From the IMG/VR virus record IMGVR_UViG_3300037424_002358, positions 32,001-96,000 of that record: a DNA stretch of 64,000 nucleotides, one strand, 5' to 3'. Position numbers and translations under genes: made by a program. Positions 9,799 through 19,072 of this stretch are shown here, piece by piece (the stretch's first letter is position 1; each line of letters begins with the position of its first letter). Origin of the DNA: a virus. The notes under the pieces were generated by a model. That model was given only the letters and a program-made list of their open reading frames with translations, was not told the DNA's origin and searched no databases.

Positions 9799-9874
9799 TG
9801 GTAGCGGGCGTCGGAGTTGAACCGACATGTGGGGGTTTATGGGACCCGTGAGGTCGCCGTCCCTCCCGCCCGCA
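9799..9874 (-). tRNA. tRNA with CAT anticodon (Met/fMet-like, atypical)
   Basis: 76-nt cloverleaf: acceptor GCGGGC/GCCCGC, D stem GAGG/CCTC, anticodon CAT at positions 34-36, T arm GTCGG-TTCAACT-CCGAC, encoded ACCA end. Confidence 0.85.
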
Positions 9875-9880
9875 TCGCTC

Positions 9881-10072
9881 CTAGAGTTCGGGGATCTTCA
9901 GGACCATGCCGGGCTTGATGATGTAGGGGTTCCCCCCGATCACATCCTTGTTGGCGTCATAGATGCGCTTCCAATGCTCCTGACCGCCGGGACCGTAATA
10001 CTTGAGGGCAATCAACCGGAGCGAGTCGCCAACGAGCACCGTGTGTTCCCTGACCTTCTTGTCCTCGTCCAC
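9881..10072 (-). CDS. LysM domain protein
   Basis: HTVLVGDSLRLIALKYYG...IYDAN...IKPGMVLKIP. Confidence 0.9.
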   Translation of the reverse strand: MDEDKKVREHTVLVGDSLRLIALKYYGPGGQEHWKRIYDANKDVIGGNPYIIKPGMVLKIPEL

Positions 10073-10081
10073 CTTCGCCTC

Positions 10082-10786
10082 CTATGGTCTCTTGGGGGTA
10101 TTCGGGAGTTCCCATTTCTGCGCAAACAGCGCGCGCATGCGGACCGTCTGCTCCATGCGCTCGGGCGTGTAGCCGATCGTTCCGGCGGACGCGTGCAACA
10201 GTTGCAGGCCCGGCATCGGCACGATGGGGATGTTGGCGGCGCGCGCCTTCATCCCCAGATCGACATCTTCGTAGTCGTTCGGCCAGAAGCGCGGGTCGAA
10301 TCTCTGCAACTCGTTCCACACCGCGCCCGGCGCAGCCAGGAAGTAGCCCATCGGGTAGCGGAACGTCACCCCGCCAAAGACATTCCAGCCCGCCGGCCAG
10401 TCCACCATCTTATGGCAGATGAGCGCGCGAGGGGACGCGCGGAACGCCTCATCCAGGGCTGACAGGAAGTCCCCCCCGATCTGCACGTCATCCGAGAGGC
10501 AAATCCAGATGTCGCCCTCGGCCTCGTCCATTGCATGGTTGAACCCCTGACCGAATCCGCGGTTGGGGTCGAGCCGCAATGTCTGCACCGTGAAGCGCGC
10601 CGCCAGGCCGAACGATGCGGCCACCAGCGAGGCCTCGCGGTTGGGGCTACCGTTGTCGCAGACGACGACCTCAAACGACGGATCGTCTCGACCCGCGATG
10701 TAGCCGTCGATCTCCGCGAGGCGTGCTTGGAGCAGATCGGGCTTCGTGTAGGTCAGGATGAGAATACTAAATCTAGGGGCTGGCAC
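10082..10786 (-). CDS. Glycosyltransferase family 2
   Basis: FSILILTY, VVCDNGS, NRGFGQGFN, LSDD, YEDVDL. Confidence 0.9.
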   Translation of the reverse strand: MPAPRFSILILTYTKPDLLQARLAEIDGYIAGRDDPSFEVVVCDNGSPNREASLVAASFGLAARFTVQTLRLDPNRGFGQGFNHAMDEAEGDIWICLSDDVQIGGDFLSALDEAFRASPRALICHKMVDWPAGWNVFGGVTFRYPMGYFLAAPGAVWNELQRFDPRFWPNDYEDVDLGMKARAANIPIVPMPGLQLLHASAGTIGYTPERMEQTVRMRALFAQKWELPNTPKRP

Positions 10787-11600
10787 CTTCGGCCTCCCGC
10801 AGGGCTTTCAGGCCCTCCTGTGGTCCGTAGATCGGCACGTTCATGGCCTTTGCTCGATCTACCAGGAGACCCCCCCGCAGGGGCCGCATGGCTGTTCCCC
10901 ACGGCTTGTCCGTCGGGCGGACGAGCGCGGGGTCGGCGCCAAACGCTTCGGCGATGGCTTGGCACCATGCGAAGCGGCTGATCGTGGCGTCGCCGGCGAC
11001 GTGCAGATGGTGCAGCGACAGGTCAAGTCTACCAGAAAACGCCTCCGCAAGCCACAGCAGGGCCTCCACAAGGTGCGGAATATAGGTCGGCGTCACGAAC
11101 TGGTTGGCAGGCATCTCGACCGGCATGCCGAGTTCCAGTTGGTCACGCGTCCGCCGGACAAAGTCCGAACGCTGTCCCGGCCCATACAGGTCGAGCGTGC
11201 GTATGACGAGGGTCGGCTGACGCACCTGAGCCGCCGCCTCGCCGCCCAACTTCGTCATCCCATAGAAGTTGAGCGGTGACGGCACCGCATCCTCCTGGTA
11301 CGGACCCTCGTTGCCGAAGACGTAGCCCGTGGAAATGTGGAGTAGCAGGCCTCCGAAGGCCCGCCGCACGTTGCCTGGCCCGCGGGTGTTGACAAGCACG
11401 GCCCGCTCCCGGTTCTCGCGTTGCTCGGCTCCATCCACGTCGGAGTAGGCCGCGGCGTTGACAATCGCGTCGAGGCCGATCGGGATTGCCTCACCGAGTT
11501 GGGCTGGGGCTAGCGTGATGTCGGCCACGATGGCTTCGCAGCCTGCGGCTACGAGCGCGCTTCCCAGACGCCCCCGGGGACCCGTGACGCCGATTCGCAC
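10773..11600 (-). CDS. rmlD: dTDP-4-dehydrorhamnose reductase-like SDR
   Basis: VTGPRGRLG, NAAAYSDVDGAE, HISTGYVF, PLNFYGMTK (YxxxK). Start taken at GTG 11600. Confidence 0.8.
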   Translation of the reverse strand: MRIGVTGPRGRLGSALVAAGCEAIVADITLAPAQLGEAIPIGLDAIVNAAAYSDVDGAEQRENRERAVLVNTRGPGNVRRAFGGLLLHISTGYVFGNEGPYQEDAVPSPLNFYGMTKLGGEAAAQVRQPTLVIRTLDLYGPGQRSDFVRRTRDQLELGMPVEMPANQFVTPTYIPHLVEALLWLAEAFSGRLDLSLHHLHVAGDATISRFAWCQAIAEAFGADPALVRPTDKPWGTAMRPLRGGLLVDRAKAMNVPIYGPQEGLKALREAEGASP

Positions 11601-11602
11601 GT

Positions 11603-12232
11603 TCAGATTTCGCGCCCCTCGGCGCGTGCCTGGCGGATGCGCTGCACCCGGATGGAGGCCGGGGGAAGCGGGCGAGGCGCTTCCGGCCCGAAGTCCATGT
11701 CGGACGGCGATGCGACCGTGCGCGGGGCCGAAGGATCGGGTTGGGCGGTCCAGACCGACCCCCCGAGGGGTAGCGTCCATACCTTGCCCATCAGGACGGC
11801 CTTGAAGGCCGTGGGCTCGTTCGGCGCGACGTACACGTCGGCCAGGCTCCCGCCGGGCGGCTCAGGGATCGCTAGGGCGATCATGGCGCCCATGCTGACG
11901 GGTAGCCCGTCGGGGCCGGTGGGCCATGTCCCCTCTCTGATCCAGCCCTCGACGCCGGCGAGCGTGCGGTACAGAAACGGCACGCCGTCCGAACGTGAGG
12001 CCCGCCACACGTCCTCGTTTGTCCATCGGAAGGCCTCGGTGACCTTCTCGGACTTTCGCTTGGGAGGCTCCACCGGGATAGGCGGCAAGAGTTTCAGCGC
12101 CTCGTCGGTCGCCTTGATCGGCTCATCGAGCGCTGGCGGCAGCGGGATGGCGTCCGCGGCTGGCGGCTGATCCGCGGCCGTGACGCCTGGACCCTCAACC
12201 GCCGGTTCCGGCACGTTCGGTTCGTCGGTCAT
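11603..12232 (-). CDS. Hypothetical Pro-rich protein
   Basis: ATG at 12232 overlaps the upstream stop. Confidence 0.55.
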   Translation of the reverse strand: MTDEPNVPEPAVEGPGVTAADQPPAADAIPLPPALDEPIKATDEALKLLPPIPVEPPKRKSEKVTEAFRWTNEDVWRASRSDGVPFLYRTLAGVEGWIREGTWPTGPDGLPVSMGAMIALAIPEPPGGSLADVYVAPNEPTAFKAVLMGKVWTLPLGGSVWTAQPDPSAPRTVASPSDMDFGPEAPRPLPPASIRVQRIRQARAEGREI

Positions 12233-12522
12233 CTGCCTCCTCCATTCGTCCATTGGCGGACGTCGGCCTCGTTCGCGTAGATGATGATACCCGCCTTCTT
12301 GTTGCCGCAACAGCCGCCCACGACGCCCAGGCAACAGGGCACATCTTCTGCCGGAATCCAGGCCAGGGAGATGTTCGCCTTCATGGAGAACACATGCTGG
12401 CGCCGAGCCTTGCCCGGCCCGCATTCTACAATCATCCGCTGCTGGCGCAAGTAGCGCATGGCGACTGCGCCGTCGTCGTTGGAGATCGCGGTCCGGCCGC
12501 GGTTGTCGGGTGGTAGGGTCAA
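12229..12522 (-). CDS. Hypothetical Cys-rich protein
   Basis: CCLGVVGGCCG; overlaps both neighbours. Confidence 0.55.
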   Translation of the reverse strand: MTLPPDNRGRTAISNDDGAVAMRYLRQQRMIVECGPGKARRQHVFSMKANISLAWIPAEDVPCCLGVVGGCCGNKKAGIIIYANEADVRQWTNGGGR

Positions 12523-13829
12523 CGCAGTTCCCTCCAGTTCAGGGCGGCCGATACGTCCGTCGCGCCCGCCCGCGAGCCTACCACAACCGACAGAACGTCG
12601 CTGGGCGTGCCCGTCGGGTGTGACCCGTCAATTTCAAGGGTAAGCGGAACCCGTGAGAGGAAGTCGCGTTCCGCCTGCCCCGGCACCTTCGTCGCCCCGC
12701 CCCCTCCGACGCTCGTGGCCGCCACGAAGCCGCCGGCAATCGTGATGCCCCCCAGGACAGCCGTCGCCGCGATATCGGCCTCCGCCACGCTGTCGGCATG
12801 CACGGGCGAGAAACTCCCGCTGACCAGGACGCCGCCCTGGACGAGTTCCCAATAGACGGCCTGGTCATCCGAGTAGATGTCCACGCTCTCCGGCAGGATG
12901 CGGGCGCGATTGACGGCCCCCTTGAAGGTCGCTCCGGGCCGCACCGACAAGATTGGCCGGCGGTTCGTTACCGGCGTTCCCGTCGGGCCGTTCGTCGCCG
13001 CAAATGGAAATCCCTGCTCGTACTGGAAGCCGCCCTCCGAGATAACGGACGCGCAAATCTGCATCAGCCCGTGCGTCCCCGTCACGCCCCCGCCGCCGCC
13101 GATCTCATAGCGCACGGGCAGGTTGGCAGTCGCCATGTAGGGCCGGACGGCGACGTTGGCGTTGTGGAAGTAGTGCGCGAACCGGATGACGCCGTCGATG
13201 ACGAACCCGACCCGGACCGTGCCCACGCCGAGCCATTCGAGGTCGATGATGAGAATCTGCGTGCGGGTCAGGTCGAGTCCGTGGCCGGAGGGGTTGAACT
13301 TAGCGTCGTCGCTGTTGTCTAGGCGGTCGACGTTCCATGAAGCCTGGGCCACGCGCGTCTCTTGCACAAGCCCCGAAACCGATGACCGAAGGACGAAGTA
13401 GGGTGTCTCACCGTCGATCTCGAAGAAGATGCCGTCGTCGGCGTCGAAGTAGCCGACGCGGCGAGTGACCTCCTGCGTGGTCTTGCCGCCCCGGAAGGTC
13501 ATCAGCGCCATCTGGCTCTTGCCGGGCTGGTAGCGCACGTACTGCCGGCTCTGGCGCACGGCCATGGAATCGAGTCCGCCCGACATCTCCACAGCGGATT
13601 CGGATGATAAATGCTGGATGCTGGCGAGCGAGCCGGAGGTGAACTGCGCCCAGATCAGCGGTTGCGCGTCGTACTCCATCTGGCTGTCGAATAGGGTAAC
13701 AGCGTCGGACACCCGCAGGCGCCCGAAGGCGTCCGAGGCGGCATGACTGTGGTCGCCAGGCGCGAGCGCGACGGCGGGCACCTTCTCGCCGGAGAGCCAT
13801 TGGCCGAGGAGAACATCGTCACCGGGCAT
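12519..13829 (-). CDS. Putative virion protein with a beta-sandwich/lectin-like fold
   Basis: DAFGRLRVS, RYQPGKSQ, EWLGVGTVRVGF pattern typical of phage structural proteins; lies directly after the capsid gene. Confidence 0.6.
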   Translation of the reverse strand: MPGDDVLLGQWLSGEKVPAVALAPGDHSHAASDAFGRLRVSDAVTLFDSQMEYDAQPLIWAQFTSGSLASIQHLSSESAVEMSGGLDSMAVRQSRQYVRYQPGKSQMALMTFRGGKTTQEVTRRVGYFDADDGIFFEIDGETPYFVLRSSVSGLVQETRVAQASWNVDRLDNSDDAKFNPSGHGLDLTRTQILIIDLEWLGVGTVRVGFVIDGVIRFAHYFHNANVAVRPYMATANLPVRYEIGGGGGVTGTHGLMQICASVISEGGFQYEQGFPFAATNGPTGTPVTNRRPILSVRPGATFKGAVNRARILPESVDIYSDDQAVYWELVQGGVLVSGSFSPVHADSVAEADIAATAVLGGITIAGGFVAATSVGGGGATKVPGQAERDFLSRVPLTLEIDGSHPTGTPSDVLSVVVGSRAGATDVSAALNWRELR

Positions 13830-13845
13830 CGCCGTCTCCTAGCGT

Positions 13846-13885
13846 GGAGGGGCAGACGGCTTCTTGGCGAGCCGCCTGCCCCTCC
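13846..13885 (-). terminator. GC-rich stem-loop after the major capsid gene (terminator or mRNA stabiliser)
   Basis: GGAGGGGCAG...CTGCCCCTCC inverted repeat without a clear U tract. Confidence 0.55.
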
Positions 13886-13910
13886 GTTGCGAACTATGGT
13901 GGACAGACTC

Positions 13911-15098
13911 CTAGCCGATGGTCGGGCAGGAGGTCGTGAGCCGGCCCGTGAAGAAGCCGGTGTAGTCGCCGTGAGCGCAGCAGTGCTTGATGATGAGGGC
14001 CGTCCGCGCCCACACCTCGAAGGAGATGGCCGTACAGCCGGGGACTAGGTCCTTCAGCGCCAGCGGGATTGACGTGATCTTGTAGACCAGCGGCGTCCCG
14101 TTGTGCGTCATGCGCATGGCGAACAGGTGCGACTGGAAGAGATTCGCCCCGGCCGCGGTCCGGGTGAAGTTGTTGTCGGCCACGACTGCCAGCCGCCCGA
14201 CGCCGGTGTTGACGAAGCCGGCGAAGTTGAAGCCGGGCACGATCCGGTCACCCGAGTCGAACTGGATGACCTGCGATCCCTGGAAGCCGAGTTGGAAGTA
14301 GCCCGACATCATCTCCTGGACCGCCTGGGGCGCTCCAAAGATGGTCGTCGGCTTGGCGCAGCCCTCGGCCAGCCAGCGGTCGAAGGAGGTCGAGGAGAAC
14401 GAGCCCGACGAAGCCCACTCCGCCTCGTTCGTGCGGAAGTCGCAGTTGGCGACGTTGTCGTCGTACTGCTCGAATCCGTCGAACTCGAGGGCGTTCGCGG
14501 CCGAGTCGCCGAGCGCCAGCAGGCGGTCCCACCCGTTCATCACGAGGGTCATCGCCAGCCGGATTTCCTTCTCCTTCAGGTCGGCGACGCGCTCCTGCTC
14601 GAACGTCGCCGTGGACGATCCGCCCGGCATGCCCTCGCCCGTGGGGACGCCCCCGATCAGGCGGTTGATGCCGTGCCAGTTCGCCCCCGCCACCGCCGCC
14701 GAGTGCATGATGTCGCTGATGGCTAGCGTCTTCTTGGCGCCGATGTTCTTGAGGGTGATGGTCGTGTTGTCCCCGTCGTGGCGGAATTCCTCGGGGCACT
14801 CGCCCGTGGCGAAGGCGATGTAGGCCGAGCCGGACGTGAAAGCCAACTCGTTCAACTCACGCCACATGTGAGCGTTGAGGGCCGTCATCTCCTCGGGAAG
14901 CGCCTGCCACAGCGACACTTCCTCGCACATGGCGATGATCTCCGTCGGATCGAGCGGCTGCGGGTACTGCGCAGCGAAATCCGTCGGGGCCACGTACGGC
15001 TGAGGGAGGATGACGGGGTCGGTCGCGCGGGCGACGAAAGGCTCGGGCATGTAGGCTCCCCTGCCTCCGCTGCCGAGATCGAGTACGGGTGCGGTCAT
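13911..15098 (-). CDS. Probable major capsid protein
   Basis: 395 aa, immediately downstream of the protease/scaffold gene, good RBS, flanked by hairpins; LEFDGF motif common in HK97-fold capsid proteins. Confidence 0.75.
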   Translation of the reverse strand: MTAPVLDLGSGGRGAYMPEPFVARATDPVILPQPYVAPTDFAAQYPQPLDPTEIIAMCEEVSLWQALPEEMTALNAHMWRELNELAFTSGSAYIAFATGECPEEFRHDGDNTTITLKNIGAKKTLAISDIMHSAAVAGANWHGINRLIGGVPTGEGMPGGSSTATFEQERVADLKEKEIRLAMTLVMNGWDRLLALGDSAANALEFDGFEQYDDNVANCDFRTNEAEWASSGSFSSTSFDRWLAEGCAKPTTIFGAPQAVQEMMSGYFQLGFQGSQVIQFDSGDRIVPGFNFAGFVNTGVGRLAVVADNNFTRTAAGANLFQSHLFAMRMTHNGTPLVYKITSIPLALKDLVPGCTAISFEVWARTALIIKHCCAHGDYTGFFTGRLTTSCPTIG

Positions 15099-15150
15099 GT
15101 TCCCTTCTCCTGGATTGGTAATGTCACGTCAAATCGCCAGAGACCTTTAC

Positions 15151-15181
15151 CCGTCCGCCGCGGCTGACAGTCGGCGGACGG
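15151..15181. other. Stem-loop between the scaffold and capsid genes
   Basis: CCGTCCGCCG...CGGCGGACGG, 10-bp stem. Confidence 0.6.
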
Positions 15182-15193
15182 ACAGTCCGGCGT

Positions 15194-17239
15194 CTACTCC
15201 TGCTGGATTCCGACGCTCCGTCGAACCAGTGCCCTGAGCGGCGATACCGGCTTCTGGTTCGGCGCGCCGAGCGTGATAAGGCCTCCGCTGCCTTGCAGTC
15301 CCATCGTGCGCGGGACGAGTTGGACAGCCCGGCGCTGGAGGCCGACGGGTTCGAGCGGCTTGCGCGGCGAGACCCTGGGCGTTGCGTCCCTCGGCCCGGC
15401 GGAGCGCACCGCCATGGCGTTCAGGACCGCCCGGAGTTCCTGCTGCATCGCCGCCTGCGCGGCTGCGATGGGCGCGAACTGGGCCGCGACCTGATCGCTC
15501 ACCTGCCGCGAGATGATTGCGCCAATCTGCTGCGGATCGAGGATGGTCCCGTCCGCCGCCAGCGCGGGGGCTTCCTCTTCCTCCGCCATGGCGCGCATGA
15601 CCACGTCGGCCAGCGCGTCATAGTGCGGCTGGAGGGCACTCCCCCGGTCGGCTGGATTGAGGCTCGCCGCCATCACGGTGTCGTAGGCGGCCTTGAACGC
15701 GGTCAGGGGCGCATCCAACACGTGGGCGGTCGGCTCGGGCGTCGGGGCTACGACTTCGGACTCGGGCTCGGGCGCGGGCGCGGGCGCGACGGGAGTCGGC
15801 TCCGGGGCGGGTTCGGCCGCGGGGGCCGGTGCCGTTTCCACCGGAGGTTCGGTCCTCTCAACTACGTCGGTCACTTGGGCACCTCCCGGTTTGAGCAGCG
15901 GCGCGACCTCTGTGAGAGCGCGCACCGCCATGATGTCCACCGTCTTCTGGAACTCGGACAGGGTGGATCGAATCGACTCGCCGTGCTCATGTCCGGCGAT
16001 GTTCGTGAGGACGGCACCGAGGACGGCCCACGAGTCGGTGTCGAGAAGAACGCCCCTCGACCTCGAGAGGAACGCGTGGGCGTCGGCCAGCGTCTTGGCC
16101 CCGCCCAGGTATCCGCGCGTCTCCATCGTGCCCGTCACCACGGGCTTCTCCTCCCCCATCATCGGCTGCATCATCGCCTCGCCCTCGGCGGGCGCTGACG
16201 GGGGCGTGGCCGCGGCGTCCTCGGCCTTCATGACAATCGCACCTGGGTCGATGGCCCGCTCGGTCAACTTTCGCGCCCGGCGTTCCAACTCCTCGGCCAT
16301 CTCGTCACCCACGATGGAAGCGGCGTCGCCGCGCTTGCTGGTCATGGACCTCTCCTCCAACGCAATCTCGGTGTCGTTGTAGGCGGGCATCCTCGTAAGC
16401 GCTAGGTGCACAAGTTGGCCCGCACGATAATGCTTCTCGCCGACGCCACGCTCGCAAAGGTCGCAATGGTCGACGAGCGAACGGCGCTGGAAGGCACCGT
16501 GTGGGCCGTGATCGTGGCCCCAATCGACGAAGGCAATGGAAATACGCGTGCGCTGCTCGGGCGGGATGCCCGCCTCAATGTCGCGCTTGATCGTCCCGTA
16601 GGCCGCCTCGGCCAGAGGCGTGTCGCGGAAGTAGCCCCGGGCCTTGAAGGTCGACCCGTCGATATACTCCTTCTCCGTGTCGCCGACGATCCCGAAGCCG
16701 TCCATGTCCAGATAGTGGGCCACGCCGAGATAGGGGTGCCCGCCCTTCCAGGATGGCGAGGCAAACAGTTCGGGGGCAGGCTCGTTCTTCTTGATCCGCT
16801 GGATGAAGTCGCGGAAGAGGTCGATAGTCATCCACTCGCCGTACGCATCCCGCTTGACGCCGGACGAGGTGGCGTACCAGCGCTTGCGCCCGTCTTTGTC
16901 GGGCGCGACGCGCGTGATGTACAGGTCGAGGTGGGCAGGCTGAGACATGACCGCGAGCGTCTGGGCGGAGACGGAGGGCTGGCGGCCGTCGGACAGCGCC
17001 GGGGTGAACTCGTCGCAGTAGTCCTCGGGCATGGGCGATATGTCCACCAGCATGCAGATCGGTTCGGTCTGGCCTTCTGTCAGTCCGGCGCCGACGAAGT
17101 AGCGGCAGTCGCCGCATGACAAGCCGGGTATGCCCCCGCCGCGCCGGAAGCCAGCCTCGCCGGGGGTCAACTTCTTCGTGCCGGGTCCGAGCGAAGTCTG
17201 GCCCGTTACGCCATCGCGGAGGGTCAAGGCTTCAGTCAT
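15194..17239 (-). CDS. Prohead protease/scaffold with an N-terminal HiPIP-like 4-Cys domain
   Basis: RDAYGE, GVAHY, RISIAF and HLALTRMPAY match the layout of HK97-type proteases. Acidic, Pro-rich helical C-terminus. CGDC-x14-C-x11-C near the N-terminus. Confidence 0.7.
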   Translation of the reverse strand: MTEALTLRDGVTGQTSLGPGTKKLTPGEAGFRRGGGIPGLSCGDCRYFVGAGLTEGQTEPICMLVDISPMPEDYCDEFTPALSDGRQPSVSAQTLAVMSQPAHLDLYITRVAPDKDGRKRWYATSSGVKRDAYGEWMTIDLFRDFIQRIKKNEPAPELFASPSWKGGHPYLGVAHYLDMDGFGIVGDTEKEYIDGSTFKARGYFRDTPLAEAAYGTIKRDIEAGIPPEQRTRISIAFVDWGHDHGPHGAFQRRSLVDHCDLCERGVGEKHYRAGQLVHLALTRMPAYNDTEIALEERSMTSKRGDAASIVGDEMAEELERRARKLTERAIDPGAIVMKAEDAAATPPSAPAEGEAMMQPMMGEEKPVVTGTMETRGYLGGAKTLADAHAFLSRSRGVLLDTDSWAVLGAVLTNIAGHEHGESIRSTLSEFQKTVDIMAVRALTEVAPLLKPGGAQVTDVVERTEPPVETAPAPAAEPAPEPTPVAPAPAPEPESEVVAPTPEPTAHVLDAPLTAFKAAYDTVMAASLNPADRGSALQPHYDALADVVMRAMAEEEEAPALAADGTILDPQQIGAIISRQVSDQVAAQFAPIAAAQAAMQQELRAVLNAMAVRSAGPRDATPRVSPRKPLEPVGLQRRAVQLVPRTMGLQGSGGLITLGAPNQKPVSPLRALVRRSVGIQQE

Positions 17240-17768
17240 TCTTCCTGTACCACGATCCAGGCGTGGCCTGGAGTTTGGCGATATGCGAGGCAATACCTGC
17301 GGACGTGTAGGGAGATGGCCCGCCCCCTCCGCTGACCCCGCGCACGTGTTCCCGCCACTGAGCGGCGTTCACTTCACTTGTGGGACGGCTGACCAGTTCG
17401 TCCCTAACAGCCTCCACGAAATCGGAGTCGTAGTGCTTGGCGTTCATGGCAATGTGTAGCAGGGCTTCCGTCTCCGCCGTTGAGACGGCATGACCGCCCT
17501 GCTTGCTCGTTCCCCTCGACCAAATCCCCTGAATGTTATTGGCAATCTGAGCCGTCATGCTGAAGTTGCCAGGTCCGCCGACGGGTGTGCCCGCGGGTCC
17601 GCCGCCAGCGTTGCCAGCGCCACCGCCGCCCGGAGCGCTCCCCCCCACCTCGCCAGGGCGCCCCGCGTGGCCGAAATGTCCCGATCCGGGGCCTCCCCGG
17701 ACCACGCCTAGTTCGGGGAGGTCCCGGACCACAAGGTGCAACGGGTGGACGTGCTTGTGGATCGTCAC
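17232..17768 (-). CDS. Hypothetical protein with one GGPGSGHFGH tag
   Basis: VVR-GGPGSGHFGHAGRPGEVGGS at 17637-17699. Confidence 0.7.
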   Translation of the reverse strand: MTIHKHVHPLHLVVRDLPELGVVRGGPGSGHFGHAGRPGEVGGSAPGGGGAGNAGGGPAGTPVGGPGNFSMTAQIANNIQGIWSRGTSKQGGHAVSTAETEALLHIAMNAKHYDSDFVEAVRDELVSRPTSEVNAAQWREHVRGVSGGGGPSPYTSAGIASHIAKLQATPGSWYRKND

Positions 17769-17770
17769 GG

Positions 17771-19006
17771 TCAGATGCGCGGGTCGCCGAAGCGGCGCTC
17801 GCCTTCCGGGATTTGGACGGCGAGCGAGAGTGCCACGCCGCGGGTCATCTCGCGCAGGTTCCAGTCAATTGTGCCGGACCGGCGGACGAGGACGGCCCGC
17901 TGGAGTAGGTAGCCATCGGGCGAGTCGACCCAACGCTGGAAGATGTACTCCTCCGGCCGCGTGGGGTTCGTGATCGCCTGCCAGCCCTCGTCCATGCTCT
18001 TCTCGACCGCCTCCTCGTAGGAGCGCAGGACGGTGCGCTCCTGGACGAGATAGCCGATCGTGCGCTGCTGGAGCGGGCGGGCCATCCACGCGTTGGAGTT
18101 GACGTTGTCGGGCCGGCGGGCGATCCGGTTGGCGAAGCCGCCGTCGAGCATCTTCTGGTCGGCATCGGCCTCGACCTCACGCTGCCGGGCCGCCAGCGAC
18201 TTCTCTTCCTCGCCGCCCCACTCGGGCGACATGTCCTTCATCGCGCCGAGTTGGCGAGCCCGCTTGCGAAGGTGCGCCTTCACCTGGCCGCGCTTCGCCT
18301 CCGGGGCGCGCCCGTAGGACTGGACGCCGTCCATGAGGTCTTCGCGGTCGGCGATGGGGTAAGACCCATCGGGAAGCGCCCAGCCCCTCTTCGCGTACTC
18401 GGCCCGCTTCTCCGGCGAGTAATCCTTGCGGATCACCAGCGGGAGCGACAAGTCGAGGAAATCGTTGCGATGCAGGCGCCGAGCGGTCAAGGATTTCTCC
18501 TCCATCGGCTTCTCCCCCGGCGCTTCTTCCTGCGCCGGCTCCCCCTCTTCCTCCTCGCCCTCCTGACCTCCGGCGATGGCTGCGTCGGCCTGTTCGAGGG
18601 CGCAGCCCACCGGGTCATCCGTCTTCACACACTCACCCAGCAGGGCGGCGGCAAACGCGTCGCGCCACTCCTGCGAATACCTCGGGTCCTGATTGTCGGA
18701 CTCTTCCTCTTCCGGCTCAGCGGCCTCTTCCTCCGGCTCGGCCAGGTTGCTCACGTTCCCGTTCTTTTTCTCTTCGGCTTTCTTCCCCTTGTCGAGCCAC
18801 GGCGGAGGTCCGGCCCGCTTCACCCATTCGCCTTGCTCGTTCTTGCGGTAGTCGTTCTTCACCGCCGACCAGGCAATGGAGGCCGCGCACGCATCCCGGT
18901 CGTCGCGCTTGGCGCAGGTGCCGTCGTAGGCACCCAGGAAGGCCGACCGCCATATCTCGGCGGCGTGGCCTTTCAGCACCGAAGGAACGGTGACCGTCTC
19001 GGGCAT
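17771..19006 (-). CDS. ChaB-domain head-associated protein
   Basis: ChaB pattern HAAEIWRSAFLGAY...AWSAVKNDYRK..GEW, followed by an ALPDGSYPI...YGRA...HLRKRARQLG domain typical of phage head proteins. Confidence 0.7.
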   Translation of the reverse strand: MPETVTVPSVLKGHAAEIWRSAFLGAYDGTCAKRDDRDACAASIAWSAVKNDYRKNEQGEWVKRAGPPPWLDKGKKAEEKKNGNVSNLAEPEEEAAEPEEEESDNQDPRYSQEWRDAFAAALLGECVKTDDPVGCALEQADAAIAGGQEGEEEEGEPAQEEAPGEKPMEEKSLTARRLHRNDFLDLSLPLVIRKDYSPEKRAEYAKRGWALPDGSYPIADREDLMDGVQSYGRAPEAKRGQVKAHLRKRARQLGAMKDMSPEWGGEEEKSLAARQREVEADADQKMLDGGFANRIARRPDNVNSNAWMARPLQQRTIGYLVQERTVLRSYEEAVEKSMDEGWQAITNPTRPEEYIFQRWVDSPDGYLLQRAVLVRRSGTIDWNLREMTRGVALSLAVQIPEGERRFGDPRI

Positions 19007-19072
19007 GGGCCTATTCTCCCTACCGTGATTGTAGACAGAATGCAAGGGGATTGCCCGCACTTTCGCGCCGCC

